A program made the position numbers and the translations under genes. Shown one piece after another: positions 1 through 8,138 of a stretch of 64,000 nt of DNA. The stretch comes from Neovahlkampfia damariscottae (lineage: Eukaryota), in NCBI GenBank assembly GCA_016618085.1, contig JABLTG010000034.1, forward strand, positions 1 through 64,000, read 5' to 3'. Position 1 is the stretch's first letter, and each line of letters opens with the position of its first letter. The notes below the pieces were generated by a model. The model worked only from the letters and a program-made list of their open reading frames with translations, searched no databases and was not told the DNA's origin.

Positions 1-2
1 AA

Positions 3-77
3 ATATTTGATGATGAACATAATCGAGTTGATTTAAATGGAATTAATTATATTTTATTTTTTTTGATTGAAAATTAA
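3..77 (+). CDS. C-terminal end of a probable minor capsid (penton) protein, 5'-truncated
   Basis: The frame from nt 3 reads IFDDEHNRVDLNGINYILFFLIEN*. This resembles the 'hxDxxxxxhDhNGxxxxhxhxh-stop' C-terminus typical of Polinton/PLV penton proteins, and it lies directly upstream of the capsid-like ORF. Not in the ORF track. Confidence 0.65.
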   Translation: MFDDEHNRVDLNGINYILFFLIEN

Positions 78-101
78 TTTATCTTCTTATAATATTATAT
101 A

Positions 102-1322
102 ATGGAAGATTCATTTTTCGAAAACGATCAACTTCATCTTATTCAACATGCTCAATCTGGAAAAATTATAGGAGATATTGTAAATGTCAGAACTCAAGCA
201 GATGCAACGTCAACGCCGGCAATGGGCTCTGTAGTTGTTCATGAAGTCAAAAAAAACGGTGATGATTGGTACAATAGAGGAGCACTTGTATTTGTTATTT
301 CTGCATTATCAAATGGATCTGGTGGATCATATAACCGTTTTGTAAATGCTATTGCTTTATTTTTATTTACCAGATTTGAATTATGGCAAAAAGGGCAAAT
401 CAAAGATACAACATACCCAATTAATATTTTTCAAAATGTCAAATATTACACAAATTCAGATTTTTATTCTTGTATTGCTCAACAACTTGCAATTAATTCA
501 TCAACAAGTGCAAGAAATACATTAGCAGCATCAGCACAAACATTAGTAATTCCTTTAAATATTTTGTTTTCTTTATTCAGTAAACCATTTGATCGTGCAT
601 TAATCGAAGATACTCTTGAAATTAGAAGTTATTTGAGAAGTCAACAAAGATATGTAATACAAACAGATCATTCAACTGCTCCTTCATTTACAATAACAGA
701 TACCTATCTTGATTTAGAATATGTAAAACCAAAAGTTTCATTAATAAATGCATCAAGACAAATTTACAATCAAAATGGTTCTATTGGTACTCCTTATTTT
801 GATATTGAGCACATTGTTCTTGAAAGACCTTTACAAGCTTCAACAACAAGTGCAACAATTGTATTACCTGAATTGAACGATAAAAGAGTCATTGATATTA
901 ATGTTTTATTACGTGCAAATGCTTTGTCAGATACTAATGATGCTTCTGATTACACTGATACTCTTATTGCTCCAGCTACATTTAATTTAAAATCATCAGG
1001 AAAATATTTAAGTTATGGAGTTCAAAGAGATATCACAAAAGATTATTATGACAAAGTTTTATTACCAAGATTAAAATTACCTGGATGGGTAAATATTTTA
1101 TCTGGAACAGCTTCAGCTAATGAATTCCTTATTTCATATGCAAATGACCATAAAGTTGAAGATAGCGAATTTAAACGTTATCATGGAAGTAGATATTTCA
1201 CAGAAAAAGACTCTCAATTATATATCACATTTTCCAGTTTAGCTGCACTAACAGATGCTATTATTATTATTAGATGTGCAAATAGATTCTGTATCCACGA
1301 CGGTGTGATCACAGATTTGTAA
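102..1322 (+). CDS. Probable double-jelly-roll major capsid protein (406 aa)
   Basis: Size, alternating hydrophobic beta-strand patterns (VIPLNILFSLF, TYLDLEYVKP, VIDINVLLR, QLYITF, IIIIRCANRFCIHDGVI at the C-terminus) and position between the penton-like gene and the packaging ATPase. The fold is inferred, not computed. Confidence 0.7.
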   Translation: MEDSFFENDQLHLIQHAQSGKIIGDIVNVRTQADATSTPAMGSVVVHEVKKNGDDWYNRGALVFVISALSNGSGGSYNRFVNAIALFLFTRFELWQKGQIKDTTYPINIFQNVKYYTNSDFYSCIAQQLAINSSTSARNTLAASAQTLVIPLNILFSLFSKPFDRALIEDTLEIRSYLRSQQRYVIQTDHSTAPSFTITDTYLDLEYVKPKVSLINASRQIYNQNGSIGTPYFDIEHIVLERPLQASTTSATIVLPELNDKRVIDINVLLRANALSDTNDASDYTDTLIAPATFNLKSSGKYLSYGVQRDITKDYYDKVLLPRLKLPGWVNILSGTASANEFLISYANDHKVEDSEFKRYHGSRYFTEKDSQLYITFSSLAALTDAIIIIRCANRFCIHDGVITDL

Positions 1323-1362
1323 ATAATTTATTTTAAAATATAATATCAATTAAATTTATAAA

Positions 1363-2025
1363 ATGAGTGAAAATCCTTTTGATATTATTGCAAAAAAAAT
1401 ACCTAATATATGTTACATTTGCGCTCCTCCGGCTAGTGGAAAAACATATTTTTTGAAATATTTATTAAGTGAATTATTCAGACAAAAAAAATTAAAATAT
1501 GGCATTATTTTTTCTCCATCCAAATTTACTGGATCTTATGATTTTTTGCCTAAAGAATATGTTCACAGCAAATACGATGAAAATATTTTAATTAAATTAT
1601 TCAATATGCAAGTTAAGACTAAAAGTAATACTGACAAAAATCCTCCTCCTGCATTTGTTGTCTTTGATGATTGTATTGGTTCTGTTCAATTTAAAAGTTC
1701 AAAATTTGAAAAAATTATTTCTTTATACAGACACCCAAACATAACCATGATTTTCATTACACAACATATTTATGCTGTTCCTCCTTTATTGAGAAAATGC
1801 ACAAGATTTTTTATTACATTTAACGTAACTGATGAAAATACAATAGATGCGATTCGTAAAAACTTTATGCTTGATAAAAAAAAGAATGAAATTGAAAAAT
1901 TTATTGATGATAACACAAAAGAAGATTTTTCATTTATTTTGGTTGATACTGCTGCAAAAAAAAAAGAAAAATATTATTTTGGTAAAGCACCAGAAAAATA
2001 CAAACAATTCAAAATAAAATATTGA
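1363..2025 (+). CDS. A32-like (FtsK-HerA superfamily) viral DNA packaging ATPase
   Basis: Walker A CAPPASGKT, Walker B FVVFDDC, arginine-finger/glutamine-sensor segment YRHPNITMIFITQ, then VPPLLR; 220 aa, single domain. Confidence 0.9.
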   Translation: MSENPFDIIAKKIPNICYICAPPASGKTYFLKYLLSELFRQKKLKYGIIFSPSKFTGSYDFLPKEYVHSKYDENILIKLFNMQVKTKSNTDKNPPPAFVVFDDCIGSVQFKSSKFEKIISLYRHPNITMIFITQHIYAVPPLLRKCTRFFITFNVTDENTIDAIRKNFMLDKKKNEIEKFIDDNTKEDFSFILVDTAAKKKEKYYFGKAPEKYKQFKIKY

Positions 2026-2078
2026 TCAAATATATAAGGAAAAAGATTTGCAAAAAAATATCTGTAATATTATTAATA

Positions 2079-2555
2079 ATGTTCAGATGTATCGAAACCT
2101 ATTGTGAAGGAAAACTCATCAATCGATTTGAAAATCCTTATTATGATCCACACCCTACTAGTTTATGTGATGAAATAAAAAAAGATTACAATTTGTACTC
2201 AAAAAATCTTTTTATCCACGAGGGTGTCCCACATATCAGGTCTGCATTAAGTCATTATTATAAAGGTACACCATTAAAAAAGGATTTTCAAGAAGTCTTG
2301 AAAAATATTCCTGGACCTCAATTAGAAAAATTTGACATCGCTTTGGATTACATAAATGCGGTGCAAATACCCAATAAAAAAAAAATTCGTAAAAGAAAAA
2401 TATTTGTTCACCCTTCAATAATGAATAAATACATTGAAAAACGAAAAAATAAAATATGTGATAGCTCATCAATGATATTATTAAATGAAATATTCCCAAA
2501 TAAAGCAAAAGAAACACACACAAAATTACATGATTTGAACTTTAAATTTTATTAA
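2079..2555 (+). CDS. Hypothetical basic viral protein
   Basis: Intronless ORF. The ATG at 2079, preceded by TAATATTA, is preferred to the TTG at 2022. Contains an NLS-like KKKIRKRK. Confidence 0.6.
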   Translation: MFRCIETYCEGKLINRFENPYYDPHPTSLCDEIKKDYNLYSKNLFIHEGVPHIRSALSHYYKGTPLKKDFQEVLKNIPGPQLEKFDIALDYINAVQIPNKKKIRKRKIFVHPSIMNKYIEKRKNKICDSSSMILLNEIFPNKAKETHTKLHDLNFKFY

Positions 2556-2779
2556 TCAAAATACTCAAGAAGACTAGATTTTGGCAATTTTCTAAAAATA
2601 TATTCTTTAAATTCTTCTGTAAAATGTTTACCAAGTATCACTTTTATATCTCCAACATATGTCTTTTTCTCTTCATCACTTAGTTTATTCATTGTAATTA
2701 ACAAAAAATTAAAAATATTTGATCTATTACATAATTTATATCCGCTATAGTATGTTGCATATTCAGTTATGAAATTCAT
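2552..2779 (-). CDS. Small hypothetical viral protein (75 aa)
   Basis: ATG start; its stop codon overlaps the convergent ORF's stop at 2552-2555, as in packed viral genomes. Confidence 0.5.
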   Translation of the reverse strand: MNFITEYATYYSGYKLCNRSNIFNFLLITMNKLSDEEKKTYVGDIKVILGKHFTEEFKEYIFRKLPKSSLLEYFD

Positions 2780-2822
2780 TATATGATACTGATATAAAAT
2801 ATTTTTCTAAATTAATATTATT

Positions 2823-3092
2823 ATGTCAACTGAAATCATTGTTTTGATTATATTAAGTTCACTGACATGTTTGTCATCACTTGTAGCACCAATTATTACA
2901 GCTGGTGTGGAATTCACACGAAGAATCGAGAAATCAAATTGCTGTGGTTCATCTATTGAATTGACTCATATTAATGATCTCAAAGAAGATTTAAATAGAA
3001 CAAAATCAGTTCATGAAATTAAATTGAACGAACAAGATCAACAAATTCAGAAATTAATGAATTTATTAAACGATAAAAAAATTGATGTTTAA
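2823..3092 (+). CDS. Small viral membrane protein (N-terminal hydrophobic helix, CCG motif, coiled coil)
   Basis: IIVLIILSSLTCLSSLVAPII hydrophobic stretch, RIEKSNCCGSSIEL, heptad-like C-terminus; TAATATTA just upstream. Confidence 0.65.
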   Translation: MSTEIIVLIILSSLTCLSSLVAPIITAGVEFTRRIEKSNCCGSSIELTHINDLKEDLNRTKSVHEIKLNEQDQQIQKLMNLLNDKKIDV

Positions 3093-3241
3093 GTTTTAAA
3101 TATAAGATCATTCTTTAAGTGAGGTACTAAATTAATAATGTTGTTTAAGTATTTTCATTTCTTTTTATGGTTTTGCTTGCATAACTGCACTTTTCTTAGT
3201 AACTTTCTGCGGATTTTTCTGTCAGAAATGATTAAAATTTA

Positions 3242-3832
3242 TTAAAAGCTAATTGTTTCTTCATCTAATTCAAATAAATCTTCAATTTCATCACTCCATT
3301 CATTAATGGAGCCAAAAGAATCATAATCATCCTGCTCATCAAATTCTTCTTCATTATCTGATCTTTCTCCATAATACTTAGATTCAAGATCTTTTACAAT
3401 AAAATCAATTACTTCTTGACTTGAGTACTTCAGTCTTCCATTATTATCACAGTAACTGTCCCATTCGTCAATGATGTGAAAATCCTCTCCAAGTTCCAAA
3501 GCCATTTCTTTTATTTCATCACTAAAGTTATCTAAAATATTTATATTTCTTTCATTAACTATATCATGAAGATCATATAAAAAATCATCATAACATTTCT
3601 CTAAATATTCGAAACTGGAACTGTTCTTTAATTTTTGGTTCAAATAAAATTCTGACTCATATGTCACATCATCCAATGGAATTTTATTGTTTTCAACAGC
3701 TGAATACAAATCTTGATTTTCAATAAAAATACTGTTTCTTGATTGAAGATCTTCTAGTATTAATTCAGAGTCCACATCAATTAAATCAACTAAACAAGAA
3801 AATTCAGAAATCAGCTCTGATTTTTTCTTCAT
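3242..3832 (-). CDS. Highly acidic hypothetical protein, in frame with the upstream deaminase-like ORF
   Basis: 196-aa D/E-rich ORF, same frame as 3899..4651 and separated from it by only one TGA. Confidence 0.55.
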   Translation of the reverse strand: MKKKSELISEFSCLVDLIDVDSELILEDLQSRNSIFIENQDLYSAVENNKIPLDDVTYESEFYLNQKLKNSSSFEYLEKCYDDFLYDLHDIVNERNINILDNFSDEIKEMALELGEDFHIIDEWDSYCDNNGRLKYSSQEVIDFIVKDLESKYYGERSDNEEEFDEQDDYDSFGSINEWSDEIEDLFELDEETISF

Positions 3833-3898
3833 TGTAATCTCTTCATTTGATTGAGAAAATTTACTTAAAAGTCTTCCACTGACAGTGCAAATATTTGA

Positions 3899-4737
3899 TC
3901 AATAAATCGAAGTAACTTGTAATATATCAATTGTTGGTGGAACAAAAATAGTTTGAATAAAACGATAATCTTTCAATTTGATTTCACGTACATTTATCAC
4001 ATCAAGGCAGGTTTGTTTAATTTTTTTCATTTCTGAAGAGTACGGAATTGAACCTGCAATAAAAGAAATAACTTTGAAATTTTGGGATATTTCCAATGTA
4101 GTGATTGCTTTAAACATTTCCGAAAATTTGATTTGAAATCCAATCACACAATGTTGACACTCCGAGCATACTGTATTTGGGTAAGAAGCACCAACAAATA
4201 TGCAACGTTTAACAACTTTCTTTTTTTCTTTATATGTGCTTAACTTATTTCTTAATTTTTCAGCAATTACTTTGAAGTTTTCCAATACTTTAAGAAAATA
4301 AACAGGTTCCGAATGGTGGTGAGATTGAGAGTTCTTTTTGGTTTCTTTAGTTTTTGTATTGGATTTCAATTTATTTGAATCAATATCATAACTGTTGAAC
4401 TCAGTGAGATCAAAAATATTTTTGTCATCAAGGAAAATTTCTACTATTTTTTTTTCGTTATCAATTGAGCAAACAAATAAAAAAAGACCGCAAAACATAT
4501 TTGTTTTGTCACGGAAATATTTTCCAGCATATAAAGATTTGAAAACAATCATTGTATTGAATAGTCTTTGAAAATATTGGTGGCAATCAATTTTATCTTT
4601 ATGGTCATAAATTACACAATCCTTTGCCACCAAATAGTGTTTCAATACCAATTTATCAGTTTTGGACTCTTTAAACTTTTCTTGTTGGCGTTGAACTGGA
4701 ATTAAAACAACTGTTGCTTACCGATGCTTTTTTTCAT
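3899..4737 (-). CDS. Putative zinc-dependent (nucleic acid/nucleotide) deaminase-fold protein
   Basis: HHHSEP and GASYPNTVCSEC motifs. ATG at 4737, and a 26-nt GTAAGC...CCAG intron (4696-4721) restores the frame into the ORF. CCAAT at 4747. Confidence 0.55.
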
Positions 4738-5245
4738 GGGAACTGACCAATAAAAAATAACTTTCAAATTTAAATTTGAAGGAAAATCAAAAAATAAAAA
4801 CTCAGCCAATTAAAGTTTAAAATGAAAAAATAGCCCAATTAAATTTCACACCAATCATTCTTTTCAACATAAATAAACGTTCGAACCTCCAAACCATTTT
4901 TCGTTCATCATTGGTCGAATTATCGGAGAATTTTTATTGGATGTAAAATTTTTTCTTTAATGAAACAATAAAATTAATAATTTGAGGAGGAATGGAAAGA
5001 GAAAAAGTGAATCTTGGCGAATTTGAAAACGGGAAAATGAGTTTTTTTTGATGAAAAATTTCAAGATGGTCCAGTGGAGAGGAAATTTGCTGTTCTCAGC
5101 TCACCAGAATCAAAAAACCTTTATATGTCAATTCGAGCAAGACCCCACTTACTTTAAATCTTTTGAAATCATTCATTTTATGAAAATAAAAATCTCCAAA
5201 CAATTCATCCAATCACATTTTTTTAGAAGGTCCAACCAAACATCA
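4738..5245. promoter_or_regulatory. Divergent promoter region with multiple CCAAT/ATTGG boxes
   Basis: CCAAT at about 4747, 4806, 4835, 4851 and 5209; ATTGG at about 4910 and 4936; lies between divergent ATGs. Confidence 0.6.
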
Positions 5246-6851
5246 ATGAATCCAAAAAAATTTCTTGAAGCCATCAATTGCTTTGATGCTAAAGACAGAA
5301 ACAGGTAATATTACCCTATTTATTTATTGTTAAAAAAATCAGAAAATATCTTACTTTTGTTGAGGCTTGTCCGTGGTGGTTAAATTTGTTTGTTTTATTC
5401 GGTTTTCTTCTTGTTATAGTTTCATCTGTAACAGTTGTAGCAATTAGTATTTTTTATGAATTCACTCACTTATTTTTTCAGTTCAAGCTCCGATTGTTAA
5501 AACAGTGGAAAAAAAGTACAATTATGACACTGGATTTTTCTTTGTAATATTTTAATTTTTGATTAAACAAATTTTAACAAGAATGGTACAGATAATTTAC
5601 AAGTCAATATTTATGGTCAAAATCCAACACATCAAGCATTCACTTTATTAATGCATGTTGACAATTTATTATATGGCAAAAATACAAGTTTTACATTTCA
5701 AAAGAATGATCTTATTATGAATGTTAAAATTGAAGGAAGATTATTAGGAAGATTTAGAACAGGTAAAAAAAAAAAAAAAAATTTTTAAAAACTTAAAAGT
5801 TTATGATAGAAAAGCAACAACTAGACTTTCATGTCGTAAAAATAGAAATGTTTGTACTGGATTTGTTTTAAGAGTTTCACCAATTCATTTTGATTCATAT
5901 CAAATTAAACTTGGAATTGAAAATGGAATTGAATTAGTTCAACATTCACTTATTGGATCACAAGTTTATTTTACTGTAAATTAAATAAGACATTAATCAA
6001 AAAAATAGTATTCATATACAGATGATGTTTATACAACATTAGCAATTACTTTAAGAAGTGCTTTTATTATTATTAGTATTATATTTACAATCATTTATTT
6101 TATTTTATTAATAAGAAGACAACAAGTATATTATTGGTCAACTGAACAAAAATTTTTATCCATTTTATTAATATTAACAGTTTTATTTAATAATCCAATA
6201 TTTTTCTTAGAATTCGTTTTAAATCAATGGATATTTCAATTTCTTAATACTTTATTTGCTATTACATTTTATTGCTTTTTAATGTTATCAGTTTTAGTTA
6301 TGACACATAGTGTAATTACAGTACCACAAGATAGAGGTATTATTTGGTTCTTTGTTCCAAAATTTATGATTGTTGGTGCAATTTGGATGTTTACAGTGAC
6401 AATTATTACAATTGTATCATTTACTGCAACAGTTGAAGATTATACAGTTGGTTTAGTTGAAACAACAACACAATTATTTTTACCATTCTTTTTTGTTATT
6501 TTAATTTTATTACTTGTCTTTTTTTCATCATTATTATATCATTTTGTAAGAGCTCTTTCAAAAATTACACAATTACCAAAAAAATTAATACAAAAAGCAA
6601 TATTCTTTTGGGTATTCACTTTTATTACATTAGCTTTGATTATTGTTGATATTCTTTTATTCGTTTTTAGAGTAAATGTTGGTGCAGCTCAATTCAACAT
6701 ATTTTTAATAGCTTTTAATGCTTATACTCTTTCAATTTCAGTTTTATATTTCCCAACAAATTCAATTGAATTTAAAAATGAAAAAGAAGAAGAAGAAGAA
6801 AGACAATCTATTTTAAGAACAGATGAACCTTTTGAAGATTTTGATGAGTAA
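5246..6851 (+). CDS. TMEM181/Wntless-like multi-pass membrane protein (several introns)
   Basis: WSTEQKFLSILLILTVLFNNPIFFLEF resembles the TMEM181 EQKW...LYNDPFF motif; multiple TM helices; first intron 5305-5342. Confidence 0.7.
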
Positions 6852-6881
6852 ATTATTTTATTTTTTTTTTTTTTCTTTTTT

Positions 6882-7955
6882 TTAACCCAATACATAAAAT
6901 AATACCATAACAAATAATAAAAAGTATGAAACAAATGTTGTTGATCCTAAACTATAATGATATGTTTCACATTGATCTCCTAAATAGTTAGTTTGACAAC
7001 TACATTGATTTGGTCCAATACATTTTCCTTTTGAACTACAAACTGTAATATTTGTTGATAGAGCACCATAACAATTAAATATTTCATCTTGACATGCATA
7101 TCCATAGTTATTATTTTTACAAAGACATGTATTATCGTAGTAACATGTTCCATTACCAGAACAAACATTATTATCAGTAGAATTCTTTCCATAACATTCA
7201 AATGAACAAGGATGTGATTCAAATAAATTGAATTGATAAACACCATAATAATCATGTTTCATTACACTTGTGTTATATAATGGTGTATCTGTTGAATGTG
7301 AAGCAGCTAAGAAATAAATAGTTTCATTTTTGAGTTCAAAATATGTTGAATCAGTTACATCTAAAATTGTTAGGTTCATTTAAAAAATACCTTTAAAGCG
7401 TCTTTCAAATGTTTGAACGAGTTGACCTCTGACAGTTTTTGTTGAAACACCTGTTAATCTTTGTTCTTTGCTGACATAAACATCGTGACCTGGAGAATTG
7501 TATTCGTATACATCGTTTCCTGTTGTTTTTGAGTTATTTAAATAACCAAGGATGAGAGCTCCACCTTTCATAACCATATCATTGTTAAATCCAATACCAG
7601 CCCATCCATATTGACCACCTGAAGTAGTAGTTACTCTAAATTCGATGGAAGAAGCTTTGAGATTCCATTCTATCAAAATAAAGGAGTTAATGCAAGAAAA
7701 AAGTTTACCAACAAAATGTGAATCAAGTTTTTTGCAGTTTTGATAAGGTGCAAGTTCACAATCCGCACCTCTATAGCCACTGTGGCAATCACAAATGTCT
7801 TGGGCGATACATGTTCCTTTCTTACTACAAATGGTACTATCTGAAGGGTTCTTCCCATTACACTTGAAAGCATTCGTAGCCTTTACGGTGAAAGAGTCAC
7901 AGTGAACTCCAAGCATTAAAGTAAAAGCAATTAAGAGAAATACTGTTTTGTTCAT
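6882..7955 (-). CDS. Cell-surface EGF-like + DOMON domain protein
   Basis: Signal peptide MNKTVFLLIAFTLMLGVHC, three EGF-like Cys repeats, DOMON-like GWAGIGFNNDMVMKGG, C-terminal hydrophobic anchor. A 30-nt intron at 7361-7390 joins the two ORFs in frame. Confidence 0.8.
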
Positions 7956-8138
7956 CAGTGGTTTTTCGCTAATTTGATTGGTTGACTGTATGCCAACCGA
8001 AAACAAGGAAAATAAATATTTAGAGTCTTCTAATAAAATTTTAATTTTTCAACAAAAAATTTAAATTTTTTTACAAGCTCAGTTGGTTTGATTGGTCATT
8101 GAACATTTTGAAGAGAAACGACCAGGTAGACTCAACCA

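Larger units (their letters stand above)
1..3092. mobile_element. Endogenous Polinton-like/virophage-like dsDNA virus segment (capsid and packaging module), truncated by the left window edge
   Basis: Co-oriented penton-like C-terminus, 406-aa capsid-like ORF and A32-like ATPase. ORFs are intronless with 24-53 nt spacers in the + strand run and have no intergenic CCAAT boxes, unlike the rest of the window. The right boundary is not defined. Confidence 0.8.

Noticed and set aside
2022..2078. TTG-initiated N-terminal extension of the third viral ORF
   Set aside because: The context is eukaryotic, and the ATG at 2079 has the same upstream TAATATTA motif as neighbouring genes.
5048..5308. 86-aa ORF from the track
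   Set aside because: Only its last part (from ATG 5246) is exon 1 of the TMEM181-like gene; the rest spans promoter sequence with a CCAAT box.
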